Shown: positions 29,720 through 41,585, counted from the stretch's first letter. The stretch is 64,000 nt of DNA from an uncultured Gammaproteobacteria bacterium (GCA_964504365.1 CAZDDW010000001.1:132293-196292), one strand, 5' to 3'. Translations and numbers: made by a program. Notes: a model not told the origin generated them from the letters alone.

Positions 29720-29751
29720 GGCAAACAAAGAACCCACCGGTTGGGGTGGGC
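29720..29751 (-). terminator. intrinsic terminator (minus strand)
   Basis: cccaccccaaccggtggg hairpin plus TTCTTTGTTTG on minus. Confidence 0.5.
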
Positions 29752-29771
29752 GAGTGAGCTGGGGGCTAGAT

Positions 29772-30320
29772 CTATCTATCTTCGAGCATTGCACGAAGTT
29801 CGTGTAGGCGATCCGGGACTTCGCTGAAATGGTCGCGGATGCCATTGCGGTACATGCGTCGTTTGATGGTCAGGTAGATGTTGACCAGGGTAGCGACAAT
29901 GATCGGTCCGAAGACCCAGGGTGTCTGGAACTTGTCTATCCAGAGGATGGTGACGAGTCCTGGGTAGGTGACCAGATTCAGTAGCACGAAGGATACCCTC
30001 GTCTTTTTCAGCTTGGCCACTGTGGCATCCGATGGCCCCTCGGATTGTTTGACAATGGAAGCCAGCTCGTCGCTATCCTTGCCGTCGATATGAGCCTCGA
30101 CCAACAATCTGACCCATTGAGTGAACTTCACATGCGGAGTGCTGTCGCACATCCGAACGATTCGTTCTGGTGTACCTTTAGAGATCAGTTTGGTGTAACC
30201 TTTCACGAATCCGTCGAGGTTACAAGTGAATCGGTGGTATGCCGCCTTCGGGATTTTCTGGTGGTAGTAGAACACTCCCATGGTCACGACTGAGGCGATG
30301 ATACTGATGGTAATGAGCAC
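29772..30320 (-). CDS. membrane protein, hypothetical; GC-rich insert
   Basis: ORF track start 30365 falls inside the -10 of promoter 30356-30384; GTG at 30320 follows CAGGAGGA RBS. Confidence 0.4.
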   Translation of the reverse strand: MLITISIIASVVTMGVFYYHQKIPKAAYHRFTCNLDGFVKGYTKLISKGTPERIVRMCDSTPHVKFTQWVRLLVEAHIDGKDSDELASIVKQSEGPSDATVAKLKKTRVSFVLLNLVTYPGLVTILWIDKFQTPWVFGPIIVATLVNIYLTIKRRMYRNGIRDHFSEVPDRLHELRAMLEDR

Positions 30321-30355
30321 GATGTCCTCCTGTTCCTTGGTTGAATGAACGGGAA

Positions 30356-30384
30356 ATAATAGCACGGATGAGCTTATTTGTCAA
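30356..30384 (-). promoter_or_regulatory. promoter TTGACA-17-TATTAT (minus) with AATAAGCTCAT spacer motif
   Basis: consensus hexamers; spacer motif related to the GATAAGCTTAT promoter at 10144. Confidence 0.5.
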
Positions 30385-30417
30385 CCGAACCAGGCTTATT
30401 TAAGTAAAGCGTGCCCA

Positions 30418-30446
30418 AAAGAAAAATCCCGCCGTGTGGGGCGGGG
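30418..30446 (-). terminator. intrinsic terminator (minus strand)
   Basis: cccgccccacacggcggg hairpin plus T-run on minus. Confidence 0.5.
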
Positions 30447-30448
30447 TG

Positions 30449-30916
30449 CTACACGCCAGTGAGCGTGGCACGGATGCGATAGAGCATGGCGATGAAGGTG
30501 TTTGCTCGCAAAGTGGTTGTTGGCGATTCGGGCCGACCAGTGTTGTGGGTCAAGGTCATGCCACTGGTTTCACGCAAGGCTTGGCCAGACGCTTCATGCT
30601 GAGTGAACTTGGCTGTTAGTGCACGTTCGACTAGGTCGAAGTGTCCTATGGAGCCGAGCTCGATCTCTTGACCTAGCCACCAGAGCCTGCCTTCTCGTAC
30701 GACTTGCTCGTGGACCTCTCCACTACCAGCTCGCTTTGCTTCGATGCCGACCAGTCCGCAGATGCGACGCTGTTCGTCTGGATCCCGGCGCTTCAGCGCT
30801 TGGATGAAACCTTCTGCCGAAGCACAGGTCATACCATCGATCACGAACTCACTGGCTGCGAGGTTCGAGAGTTGGTTGCCCGGCCAGGGCGCGGTGCTGA
30901 ATACGTTGATCGTCAT
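30449..30916 (-). CDS. NADAR-family (YbiA/DUF1768-like) protein; GC-rich insert
   Basis: QLSNLAASEFVIDGMTCASAEGFIQALK matches the NADAR core (SNF...DG...S.EH.FQA.K); start at M19 (30916) removes the overlap with the next gene. Confidence 0.5.
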   Translation of the reverse strand: MTINVFSTAPWPGNQLSNLAASEFVIDGMTCASAEGFIQALKRRDPDEQRRICGLVGIEAKRAGSGEVHEQVVREGRLWWLGQEIELGSIGHFDLVERALTAKFTQHEASGQALRETSGMTLTHNTGRPESPTTTLRANTFIAMLYRIRATLTGV

Positions 30917-30938
30917 CGACTCGATACTCCGTTTCGAC

Positions 30939-31367
30939 TCAGTGGTCGCGTGCGATCTGGACGACCGCATCGGTTAGCGGGTTGTCTTGTTCACTTAAGG
31001 TATGAGGGAAGTAGCGGTCAATAATCGTACGAATCTGCCATGAGAACTCTCTGGCCATTCTCTCACTCGGGGCAACAATGTGCACCAATGCATCCGGTAA
31101 CTGTCCGGTCAGCCAGGTGAACCATTGGTCGCCGCCTGCAGCTGCGCCGCGGCCAAATGCACTGCTTTTTGGATAACCATCTCGACGAAGGATGATTACG
31201 TCGTACGGTGGTTCTGTGATCGGTTTTTGGACCATTACCACCGCGATCTTGGATCCTTCGGGCATGCGTTGAAGCAGTTGCTGAACCATTCCGTCGCCGT
31301 TCAGTCCGAGCTTGCTCATGTGCTGCAAGCCGACCCTCCATCCCACGATGAAGATAATGCGGTTCAT
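30939..31367 (-). CDS. hypothetical protein; GC-rich insert
   Basis: ORF co-directional and nearly abutting the NADAR gene. Confidence 0.35.
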   Translation of the reverse strand: MNRIIFIVGWRVGLQHMSKLGLNGDGMVQQLLQRMPEGSKIAVVMVQKPITEPPYDVIILRRDGYPKSSAFGRGAAAGGDQWFTWLTGQLPDALVHIVAPSERMAREFSWQIRTIIDRYFPHTLSEQDNPLTDAVVQIARDH

Positions 31368-31375
31368 GATTATCC

Positions 31376-31633
31376 CTAGAGCAGATGTTCCAGCCCAGCC
31401 TGGCGGAGCATGGTCACGCTCAGGTCATTGGAACTTGATCCTTCGTGTCCAGTGCTCTTGGCGATCTGCATGACTCGTCTCAGCTGCGATCGACCGAAGC
31501 GCATGGTGAACCGGCCTTTGCAGCCGGTCCAGTGCAACTCGCTCTGCGCTTTCGAGCTCATCTTTGCTCCGCAGTCATCGCAGACAAAGATCGGTTGTTC
31601 ACCGTGGATTGTTTCATCGAATACCAGTTTCAT
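31376..31633 (-). CDS. small zinc-ribbon protein; GC-rich insert
   Basis: CDDCG motif; start ATG 31633 after GGAGG; promoter TTGACA-17-TAACCT at 31668-31696 (minus). Confidence 0.4.
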   Translation of the reverse strand: MKLVFDETIHGEQPIFVCDDCGAKMSSKAQSELHWTGCKGRFTMRFGRSQLRRVMQIAKSTGHEGSSSNDLSVTMLRQAGLEHLL

Positions 31634-31714
31634 CACGCCTCCGAATATGTTCAAGGTGCGAGGAAGAAGGTTATCACTGAGGGACTGTTTTGTCAAACCA
31701 AAAGAGGGTTCACG

Positions 31715-31761
31715 CAGAACCCCCCTTTGATCCCCCCTTGGAAAGGGGGGAGAGTCAAATT
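31715..31761. repeat. conserved element CAGAACCCCCCTT-N5-CCCCCCTTGGAAAGGGGGGAGAG-TCAAATT (copy 2 of 2)
   Basis: near-identical to 10068-10115; preceded by a gggttc-acgca-gaaccc hairpin; lies between rplA 3' end and the promoter of the zinc-ribbon gene. Confidence 0.7.
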
Positions 31762-31770
31762 TTGTTCAAT

Positions 31771-32490
31771 TTATTCCACTTCCACCTTGATACTTGGTCC
31801 CATTGAAGTGGTTAGGTAAGCTCCTTTAAGGAAAATTCCTTTTGAAGAAGCTGGTTTGGCTTTTTTGATCGCTCCTAGGAAAGCTTCGAAATTGGCCTTG
31901 ACCTCAGCCTCAGCCTGAGAAACTTTTCCAATGATTTGGTGCAAGTTACCACCATTGTCATTTCGGAAACTCATCTTTCCAGCCTTTTGCTCTTTAATCA
32001 TTTTAGCTACATCTGTATCAACTGTATCAGTCTTTGGGTTTGGCATTAAACCGCGTGGCCCAAGAACTTTAGCTGCTTTGGCGATTTTAGGCATCATGCT
32101 TGGTGTTGCAACAGCTACATCAAAATCGATTTTACCTTTGTTAACGATTTCGTTAATTAGCTCTTCGCTTCCAATAACATCGGCTCCAGCTGCCTTAGCC
32201 TCGGCTTCTTTGTCAGCATCAACGAAAGCTGCAACGCGTTTTGTTTTACCAGCCATGTGTGGCAGGGAAATGGTCCCACGGACCAACTGATCGGTTTTAC
32301 CTGGATCAATTCCTAGTTTCAGGTGTAGTTCGATTGAAGCATCAAACTTTACTGTTGAAGTTTTTTTAGCAAGTTCGATCGCTTCGTCGATCGGATAGGT
32401 CTTATCAGCTTCGATCTGACCTTTAGCCTCCTGCATTCTCTTTGACATAGATTCGTGGTTCGGACGTCCCGCCGTTGGCGGGACTCCCAC
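31771..32490 (-). CDS. rplA: 50S ribosomal protein L1
   Basis: 239 aa; L1 family sequence; rplK-rplA order. Confidence 0.9.
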   Translation of the reverse strand: MGVPPTAGRPNHESMSKRMQEAKGQIEADKTYPIDEAIELAKKTSTVKFDASIELHLKLGIDPGKTDQLVRGTISLPHMAGKTKRVAAFVDADKEAEAKAAGADVIGSEELINEIVNKGKIDFDVAVATPSMMPKIAKAAKVLGPRGLMPNPKTDTVDTDVAKMIKEQKAGKMSFRNDNGGNLHQIIGKVSQAEAEVKANFEAFLGAIKKAKPASSKGIFLKGAYLTTSMGPSIKVEVE

Positions 32491-32494
32491 TTAA

Positions 32495-32917
32495 TTATTT
32501 AATTTCAACCCCCATCTGTTTTGCAGTTCCTTCAATAATCTTCATTGCCTGCTCTACGTCATCAGTGTTTAGGTCAGGCATCTTTTTCTCAGCGATCTCC
32601 TTGAGCTGAGCTTTGCTGATTGAACCAACTTTTTCAGTTAGCGCCTTGCCAGAACCCTTTTTCAGTTTAGCGGCTTTAAGGATTAATCCGGATGCCGGTG
32701 GAGTCTTGGTTACAAAATCGAATGAACGATCTTCGTAAACAGTGATCACACACGGAATGACGTCCCCCTTCTTGTCTGCTGTGGCTGCATTGAACTGAGT
32801 ACAGAAATCCTGAATGTTCAGTCCGTGCTGCCCAAGCGCAGGCCCTACTGGAGGTGCGGGGTTAGCGCCACCTGCGGGAATCTGCAACTTGATCTGTGTT
32901 AGTACTTTCTTAGCCAT
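32495..32917 (-). CDS. rplK: 50S ribosomal protein L11
   Basis: 140 aa; L11 N-terminal PPVGPALG motif. Confidence 0.9.
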   Translation of the reverse strand: MAKKVLTQIKLQIPAGGANPAPPVGPALGQHGLNIQDFCTQFNAATADKKGDVIPCVITVYEDRSFDFVTKTPPASGLILKAAKLKKGSGKALTEKVGSISKAQLKEIAEKKMPDLNTDDVEQAMKIIEGTAKQMGVEIK

Positions 32918-32924
32918 ATGATTA

Positions 32925-33470
32925 TTAAATCTTTTTAACTTGCAAGAAATCTAATTCTACAGGTGTTTCGCGCCCAAACATAGACACCAGCACCTTGACT
33001 TTTCCGCGGGCTTCGTCGACTTCATCAACCTTACCTTCGAAGTTTTTAAACGGTCCGTCGCTGATACGAACAGGTGTGCCTGCTTCAATATCAATTTTGT
33101 ACTCTGGTTCATCAACACCCATGCGTTTCTGAAGAGCTTTGATTTCTTCGTCAGCTACTGGGGTTGGGGTAGTGCCGGTTCCAATGAATCCAGTTACGTT
33201 TGGTGTGTTTCGCACCACGTACCATGAATCATCTGTCACAACCATCTCAACCAGAACATATCCAGGGAAAATCTTTTCTTCAACAATTCGCCGTTTCCCG
33301 TTGCGAATTTTAATTTTCTTTTCTTTCGGAACCATGATATCGAAGATCTTGTCTTCCATGTCCATGGAATCGATTCGTTGACGCAAGTTTTGAGCCACGT
33401 TTTCCTCATATCCAGAATAGGTGTGGATGGCGTACCAGCGTCGACCTTGTTGGGCTGTTTGTTTTGCCAT
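32925..33470 (-). CDS. nusG: transcription termination/antitermination protein NusG
   Basis: NGN domain plus KOW; secE-nusG-rplK-rplA order. Confidence 0.85.
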   Translation of the reverse strand: MAKQTAQQGRRWYAIHTYSGYEENVAQNLRQRIDSMDMEDKIFDIMVPKEKKIKIRNGKRRIVEEKIFPGYVLVEMVVTDDSWYVVRNTPNVTGFIGTGTTPTPVADEEIKALQKRMGVDEPEYKIDIEAGTPVRISDGPFKNFEGKVDEVDEARGKVKVLVSMFGRETPVELDFLQVKKI

Positions 33471-33476
33471 AAGGTT

Positions 33477-33665
33477 TTAGAAGTTAATGAGCGTTGAAAG
33501 TCCTTGGGTGAAAAGCTTATCAAGGACGAAAAAGAATACACCGACAGATAAACAGATCCCGATCACGATCAGGCTGTATCTGGTGGTCTCTTTTCTATTT
33601 GGCCAAGTTACTTTGGTAAGCTCTGACTTTGACTCACGTAAGTACTTGAAGAGTTTATTTATCAT
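33477..33665 (-). CDS. secE: preprotein translocase subunit SecE
   Basis: 62 aa, single C-terminal TM; conserved position upstream of nusG. Confidence 0.7.
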   Translation of the reverse strand: MINKLFKYLRESKSELTKVTWPNRKETTRYSLIVIGICLSVGVFFFVLDKLFTQGLSTLINF

Positions 33666-33684
33666 ATTTTAGAGAAATTTGGAT

Positions 33685-33707
33685 CTTAAAACCCCCGTTC
33701 GGGGGTC
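33685..33707 (-). terminator. intrinsic terminator (minus strand)
   Basis: acccccgaacgggggt hairpin plus TTTTAAG on minus. Confidence 0.5.
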
Positions 33708-33753
33708 TTGATGTGGGTATTCTAGCTTAAGCCTGGAATTGTGTCAAGTAAGC

Positions 33754-34590
33754 CTAATCTTCGATATTATTCTCTACTACTGTAACCGTGCCGCAGGAGT
33801 CGTTTATAGGTATGTCGTTATCATAAGCACTACGGCAGGTAAAGTGATAAAAGCCGGGTTCATAGAAATGAGAAATGAAATCACCATCAGCTTCGATTAT
33901 CCCACTACTCCATTCGCCGTTGTTTCCGGTAATAATTACCTCTGGGCTTTCGTCTGTGGAAGTGTTTTCAAAATGAACTACACCATTAACAAATATCGTT
34001 GCTTGTTCATCGCTAACAGTTAGTTCTCGAGAAAATGGATCAGACATGATGCGGACGTACTCCGGTTCAATCAGGCCCTTGTCTTCACTGATGGTTGTTG
34101 CTATATCATTATCAAAATCTAGAGTTGGTTCGAAAATATCAACTGGCATACCTAAGGTGTACCCAGCAAAGACAGTGTCTGGTAGATCTATGATCCGCGA
34201 AGCCCAGTCGGTTCCACCAAGTTCTTCTGCCATTTCTTCACTTGAGATCCAATGCAGAATGCCGCCATTGCTGACTGTGTAGACTTTTGGATCTGACTGA
34301 ATTTTTACCCAAGTATCACCGCCTGGCTTTACTGTGACCAGTCCACCGATGGGTGTGTGGTTCAGAATGTCCTCATCGACTTCAACTACATTATCGAAAT
34401 CATCAAACCAGCTGTCATATGTGGCTGAGTTAGGAAAAATGTATCGGTGCAGATCGTTCCCGAGGTAGAACAGGGAAGAGGAGCTGTCGATTTTATAAAC
34501 CGTGTTTGTTTCCAAAGAGTCATCAAGGGCTGAAACAGAAAATGGAAAAGCGAAAAAGATCACCAGCGTGATCGCAATGAGTCGTGACAT
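33754..34590 (-). CDS. secreted hypothetical protein (signal peptide)
   Basis: start M43 (34590) just after gyrB stop gives MSRLIAITLVIFFAFPFSVSA signal peptide. Confidence 0.5.
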   Translation of the reverse strand: MSRLIAITLVIFFAFPFSVSALDDSLETNTVYKIDSSSSLFYLGNDLHRYIFPNSATYDSWFDDFDNVVEVDEDILNHTPIGGLVTVKPGGDTWVKIQSDPKVYTVSNGGILHWISSEEMAEELGGTDWASRIIDLPDTVFAGYTLGMPVDIFEPTLDFDNDIATTISEDKGLIEPEYVRIMSDPFSRELTVSDEQATIFVNGVVHFENTSTDESPEVIITGNNGEWSSGIIEADGDFISHFYEPGFYHFTCRSAYDNDIPINDSCGTVTVVENNIED

Positions 34591-34600
34591 AGATGTGATA

Positions 34601-36727
<2,127 letters not shown>

Positions 36728-36796
36728 TTAGCACATTTACCCCTAAAATGGAAGGGGCAGCCAGAGTGCATTTTTTTTGCTATAATAAAGAGCGTT

Positions 36797-37699
36797 ATGA
36801 TGGAGGATAATTATATAGCCCCTGAGCTTGCTGCAGAAGAGAAGCGTTTTAAATATTCGCTTATCTGGGTTGAGCACCGGGACTTATTAAGAAAAATTGG
36901 ATTAACGATTTGGGGCGGTGTAGCCGGGCTAATGATTTTGTATTCGCTTTGGGTAATGGTTGATACGTTTTTGATTAGTTATGAAACCGAGCGGGCCTTG
37001 CTAGTTAACACGGGCCTTAATCAATCAACGCGGCACAACGCTGTGCTGGCCAGCGCTCCTGGAGCCCTCAAACTTTCATCAAGCTCAGACATTTTTGCTA
37101 TTGATGATGACCGGTATGATTTTTACACTACCGTTGAAAATGAAAATGAAGATTATTGGGCTGAGTTTGATTATTATTTTAGTTACGGCAGTTCGGTCAC
37201 AGAAACAAAGCATGGGTTTGTATATCCAGTTGAAGAAAAACCATTGGTTTACTTGGCTTGGGAAAGCGACTCACGGCCAAGTAGTGCACAAGTGATTCTC
37301 GAGAATATTCAGTGGCACATGATTGATGGACACACGATTCCAGATTTTGTAACCTATCGTGAAGACATGATTGATTTTGATATTACTGATGCCGATTTTG
37401 AGTCTTCCATTGGCTACGATACTACAATCGGCCGTAGCACATTTACTGTTGAGAATGATTCTGCCTTTGCTTATTGGGAGCCGTTGTTTTATGTGATTTT
37501 GCATCGCGGAGAATCTGTGGCTGGTGTGACAACAACTGTTGCTCCACAATTTGCTCCTGGAGATAAGGATACGATTGAACAGAATTGGTACGGAACCTTG
37601 CCAGCAATAACTGATGTAGAAATTATTCCAGAAGTTGAATTACTTGACGATTCAGTCTTCATGCCGTTAACTGGAGAACTACAGGAGGGTTTACGATAG
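36797..37699 (+). CDS. membrane-anchored hypothetical protein
   Basis: extended -10 TGCTATAAT upstream; single TM then soluble domain. Confidence 0.5.
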   Translation: MMEDNYIAPELAAEEKRFKYSLIWVEHRDLLRKIGLTIWGGVAGLMILYSLWVMVDTFLISYETERALLVNTGLNQSTRHNAVLASAPGALKLSSSSDIFAIDDDRYDFYTTVENENEDYWAEFDYYFSYGSSVTETKHGFVYPVEEKPLVYLAWESDSRPSSAQVILENIQWHMIDGHTIPDFVTYREDMIDFDITDADFESSIGYDTTIGRSTFTVENDSAFAYWEPLFYVILHRGESVAGVTTTVAPQFAPGDKDTIEQNWYGTLPAITDVEIIPEVELLDDSVFMPLTGELQEGLR

Positions 37700-37722
37700 T
37701 TTGTTGAGAGAGAAAATCCTTT

Positions 37723-38826
37723 ATGTTTAGAATTCCAGGTTTTAGTCGACAATTTGATTGGATGTTAGCTGTAGCTGTTTTTGCCTTGGTTTTGCTTGGC
37801 TTGGCAGCAATTTATAGCGTGGCCCTTTCGCAAGAGAGTGCTGATTTTTTATTTGTTAAAAAACAGCTGATCGCGCTGTTAATCGGTGTGGGCTTGTTTG
37901 CTGTATTTGCTTTTACTAATTATCGATTACTTCGAAGCTATAGTGCGATTTTTTATGTTCTTGGTATTTTGCTCTTGGTTCTGGTTTTAATTTTTGGAGT
38001 TACGGTTCGCGGAACCACGGGTTGGTTTTCAATGTTTGGTTTTAGCTTTCAGCCGGTTGAGCTAATGAAGATTATTTTGGTTGTTGTTCTGGCACGCTAC
38101 TTTGCTGATCGAGCTCGGCGGCAGCTGGGTTGGCGGGAGATCCTTGAAAGTGGGGGGCTTGCCGCGATTCCAGTTGGATTGGTCTTGTTGCAGCCTGATC
38201 TGGGTTCTGCTTTGGTTTTGGTTTTTATCTGGGGCTTTGTTTTAATTATGTCTGGACTGAAGAAACGACATGCACTGGCCCTGTTTGCCTCTGGAACGAT
38301 CGTATTTATTTTGTCCTGGTTGTTCTTGTTCGCTGACTATCAGAAAGCTCGCATTCTGACCTTTTTAAATCCAACAGCGGATCCTCTGGGTCAGGGCTAC
38401 AACGTGACACAGGCAATTATTGCTATTGGTTCTGGTCAATGGTTTGGTCGTGGTCTGGGATTTGGGTCGCAGAGCCAACTTAAGTTTTTACCTGAAGCAC
38501 AAACTGACTTTATTTTTGCTGTGATTGCTGAAGAGTTGGGTTTCTTAGGGGTCGCTCTAATATTAACGGCTTTTGCCTTGTTGTTCTTGCGCATCATTCG
38601 TTTAGCCAAGCTATCAACAGATAATTTCACCAGCTATTTATTGCTCGGTATTGGTGGGTCATTGTTTTTCCAGTTTGTAGTCAATGTCGGCATGAACCTG
38701 GGATTATTGCCAGTGACAGGAATTGCTTTGCCCTTTGTTAGTTACGGTGGATCAGCCCTGATCTCGGCTCTACTTATGCTTGGGATCGTGGAAAGTATTG
38801 CCTTGCGCACACAAAGCGTGAGATAA
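37723..38826 (+). CDS. SEDS-family peptidoglycan glycosyltransferase (FtsW/RodA)
   Basis: 10-TM profile, conserved GxxGxSQ.K.LPEAxTDFIF motif. Confidence 0.85.
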   Translation: MFRIPGFSRQFDWMLAVAVFALVLLGLAAIYSVALSQESADFLFVKKQLIALLIGVGLFAVFAFTNYRLLRSYSAIFYVLGILLLVLVLIFGVTVRGTTGWFSMFGFSFQPVELMKIILVVVLARYFADRARRQLGWREILESGGLAAIPVGLVLLQPDLGSALVLVFIWGFVLIMSGLKKRHALALFASGTIVFILSWLFLFADYQKARILTFLNPTADPLGQGYNVTQAIIAIGSGQWFGRGLGFGSQSQLKFLPEAQTDFIFAVIAEELGFLGVALILTAFALLFLRIIRLAKLSTDNFTSYLLLGIGGSLFFQFVVNVGMNLGLLPVTGIALPFVSYGGSALISALLMLGIVESIALRTQSVR

Positions 38827-38836
38827 TACTTATAAT

Positions 38837-39169
38837 ATGTTTCCTTTGCAAAATGCCAATCTTTGGAACGAGAGCTTGAAAGTGGTTTCTCAATGTCCGC
38901 TGTGCCAATCGCGTCAAAATGATATGGAGGCACGTATGCTTGGGCAGGACGGCGAGGCCCGCTTGTTGTACTTGAATTGCCACAAATGTGGAAATTCGTT
39001 ACTAGCTCTTGTTTTAGTTTCGCATGGTGGAGTAAGTTCGATCGGCATGGTCACAGATCTGACTTACGACGATGTCCGGCGGTTTCACCAGGTCGACCAA
39101 GTTTGCACAGATGATGTGCTGGATATACATCAGGCTTTACAGGATCAAGATTTCATGAAAGCAATATAA
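38837..39169 (+). CDS. small zinc-ribbon protein
   Basis: CPLC...CHKC pairs. Confidence 0.4.
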   Translation: MFPLQNANLWNESLKVVSQCPLCQSRQNDMEARMLGQDGEARLLYLNCHKCGNSLLALVLVSHGGVSSIGMVTDLTYDDVRRFHQVDQVCTDDVLDIHQALQDQDFMKAI

Positions 39170-39182
39170 TAAAAAGAAAGCG

Positions 39183-39210
39183 GACCATCCTGGCGGATGG
39201 TCCTTTTTTG
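39183..39210. terminator. bidirectional intrinsic terminator bounding the cassette array
   Basis: ggaccatcc-tggc-ggatggtcc hairpin with A-run before and T6 after. Confidence 0.65.
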
Positions 39211-39224
39211 ATCCCGAGTTACGG

Positions 39225-39770
39225 TTAGGGCAAGAGCTTGGACAGCTCGTTGATGATGCCCGCGTCGTGGTCCGGGTGAAGGGAAGGTTCTCGGTGGCAG
39301 GAGCCGTGGCAGGGGACCAGCTTGACCGAGTGTTCCTGGTGGTGCGGCGAGTTGGGGTCGGCCCAGTGGCTGAAGTCGGTGCGGATGATCAGGTGCTGGT
39401 CGCCAAGGCAATAGTCGATACCGCTGCCGGAGCGCTTGGCGTAGTAACGATCAAAGCGAGCGCCGACGATCGGCTGACCACTGTCGATTAGTTCCTGAAC
39501 TCCATCGCCGAGGGTGATCTGGCTGTGCAGGGTGCGTTTGCCGTCCTGAAGGGTCTTGCTTCGCCAGCGCTTGATCATCTTGGCCAGCTCGATCGCTTTC
39601 ATGCGCTGCTGCACCTGGCAGGAACCGTCACAGGGGCCATGCACATCTTCCAGCCCGGTTTCGCAGTTGTAGGTTACGTGAATCAGGCCATTGACGCACC
39701 AGTACTGGTCATCGATTCCATCGACCGAGTCGGCGTCATAAACCACAACGTGAAGGCGAGGGGAAGTCAT
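39225..39770 (-). CDS. array gene A: Cys/His-rich hypothetical protein
   Basis: ORF track 39225-39830; start ATG 39770 after GGAG, 33 nt downstream of repeat R1; GC-rich. Confidence 0.45.
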   Translation of the reverse strand: MTSPRLHVVVYDADSVDGIDDQYWCVNGLIHVTYNCETGLEDVHGPCDGSCQVQQRMKAIELAKMIKRWRSKTLQDGKRTLHSQITLGDGVQELIDSGQPIVGARFDRYYAKRSGSGIDYCLGDQHLIIRTDFSHWADPNSPHHQEHSVKLVPCHGSCHREPSLHPDHDAGIINELSKLLP

Positions 39771-39803
39771 AAGACATCTCCGTTGATTGTTTGAAAGTAC
39801 GTT

Positions 39804-39843
39804 CCCATCACAGAACACGATCGTGGTCATGTGCTTTGATTGG
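39804..39843. repeat. array palindromic repeat R1 (cccatcacagaacacgat-cgtg-gtcatgtgctttgattgg)
   Basis: imperfect inverted repeat; matches consensus shared by seven copies. Confidence 0.8.
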
Positions 39844-39877
39844 AGCTCGATTTGTAGGCATCGAGCAGGCCTCCTTT

Positions 39878-40177
39878 CTAGGGAAGTAGATGGTTAACAT
39901 CAATGGCATGGCAAATGACGACCTGGTCTCCCGTAACCAGTACGCCGAGTTCGCTATCCACAATTTCCTTGGCTCCGTGCTCCTTGTGTTTGCAACGAAT
40001 GGCCACGCGCACTCGATGCGTTTTTCCGGTCAGATTCAGCTGAGCGTAGACAGTACAGCCGTGTTGGCATTCTGGTTGGATTCGGTGGTCAAGGGTGTCG
40101 AGATGGTGCATGATCAGGTCATCAGCGTCTCCCGTGACCTTCCAGTTGCCATAGTTCGGATAAAAACTCTCGTACAT
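39878..40177 (-). CDS. array gene B: hypothetical protein
   Basis: ORF track 39878-40219 (its first ATG lies inside R2); likely start M15 at 40177 after GGGGA RBS. Confidence 0.4.
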   Translation of the reverse strand: MYESFYPNYGNWKVTGDADDLIMHHLDTLDHRIQPECQHGCTVYAQLNLTGKTHRVRVAIRCKHKEHGAKEIVDSELGVLVTGDQVVICHAIDVNHLLP

Positions 40178-40211
40178 TGTGTCCCCTAAGAATTTAGTGT
40201 TGAAGGATCGA

Positions 40212-40252
40212 TCCATCACAGAACACGATCATGATCATGTGCTCTGATGGGG
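40212..40252. repeat. array palindromic repeat R2
   Basis: tccatcacagaacacgat-catg-atcatgtgctctgatgggg. Confidence 0.8.
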
Positions 40253-40269
40253 TGCCCAAGAAGATTGGG

Positions 40270-40815
40270 CTAGTGAGTGGCCTGCCAAGGCCGTTGATTG
40301 CGGCCTGTGATCCGTTGCAGGACCAAGGTCAGCGAAGGTGGGGCGTGGGGAAGCAGGGCCTCCCGGATCCGGTGGCGACGCTGGTATCTGGCGTCACGGC
40401 GAAGGTGGGGGAAGAGCGGAGCTAGTTCCGGGTCGCTCAGGTTATCGAACACGTGCAGGTACAACAGGCGGAAGTTTTCCTCGGCCGAAGCCGCCTGCTT
40501 GTCGGGCATCTGCTCTCGTGCTCTGGCTGCCGTTGCCCAGAACTGGGATCGGGCTCGCTCGAAGGTTTCCTGCCAGCGCTGTCGTTCGCGTTCCTGTGCT
40601 TGTCGTATGCGCTCACGCTTCTCGGCGTTGGCCAGGGCCACGGCGTGTCGCTGCTGGTCAATGGACCAGTTCATGGCCAGTCGGTGGGCGTAGGCGGTGG
40701 GGTTGTCCGGTTGGGCCTGTTCGACCCGGCCGACCAGCTCGTCGAGCTTGTCGGGGCTGCAGGTTTGACCGTAACGGTCGATCACGTCGGAGATTACAGT
40801 ACGGATGTCAGTCAT
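40270..40815 (-). CDS. array gene C: Arg/Glu-rich coiled-coil hypothetical protein
   Basis: ORF track 40270-40851; start ATG 40815, 28 nt downstream of R3. Confidence 0.45.
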   Translation of the reverse strand: MTDIRTVISDVIDRYGQTCSPDKLDELVGRVEQAQPDNPTAYAHRLAMNWSIDQQRHAVALANAEKRERIRQAQERERQRWQETFERARSQFWATAARAREQMPDKQAASAEENFRLLYLHVFDNLSDPELAPLFPHLRRDARYQRRHRIREALLPHAPPSLTLVLQRITGRNQRPWQATH

Positions 40816-40843
40816 CTGGGGTTCCTTGCGGATAGGGACGATT

Positions 40844-40883
40844 CCCATCACAGAACACGATTTTCATCATGTGCTCTGAAGGG
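40844..40883. repeat. array palindromic repeat R3
   Basis: cccatcacagaacacgat-tttc-atcatgtgctctgaaggg. Confidence 0.8.
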
Positions 40884-41237
40884 TTGCCCGACCAGAACGG
40901 CCGGGCAAGAGGCGCAACTCACTGACAGTGGTATCAGTCAGAGGATGCTGTGACGGTGCGAAAACAACTGCTTGTCCCACCCCATGACAGATCAAGGGGC
41001 CTATTCCTGACCTGCCATGAGTATGACATGGCAACCTAACACCCAAGAGTGCCACTTCGTTAGGTGCTGGTTGACAGCTGCAAACCACCAATCGCTGGGT
41101 TTTTCAGTTCTCCTGCGTATACCAACGCACATGCCTTTAATGGATAAACCCAGAAACCAGAAGTACTACCGGGGAAACATGTAACCCCATGTTATTAGGA
41201 CACTGCCTTGATCCTTTGTTTTCTGTTTTGTGTTATT

Positions 41238-41277
41238 CCCATCACAGAACACGATTTAGATCATGGGCTATGATGGG
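41238..41277. repeat. array palindromic repeat R4 (followed by an empty slot, no convincing ORF to R3)
   Basis: cccatcacagaacacgat-ttag-atcatgggctatgatggg. Confidence 0.8.
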
Positions 41278-41585
41278 TGCCCGAGGATTCGGGCAAGAAG
41301 TATAGGAGGGGGAGACACGATGGAAACGTGTAGCTTTTGTGAGTGCTAAGGGCTAAATCTTCAGCGCTAATGGTTGAGGGCTAAGTCTTTGAATGCTGAA
41401 CCCTGAGGCCATAGCCTTCGCTGTCGATGTCAAGCTCTTAGAGCATCGGCGTAAGCCGAGCACTCCTGGCGTCCTTTCGGACGATCAGTTTGTTACTACA
41501 TATCTCGACCGTGCTCCCCCCACCAAATTGGACTGAACCGTTAGGGCTGGGGGCCCTTGGGAACAGTGTCAATCTAGTGTTTTTC

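Noticed and set aside
40867-41091. 74-aa minus-strand ORF in the R4 slot
   Set aside because: Its start is about 150 nt from the repeat, unlike the 27-35 nt seen for all the others. It overlaps R3 and has low-complexity composition. Treated as noise, though a small gene cannot be excluded.
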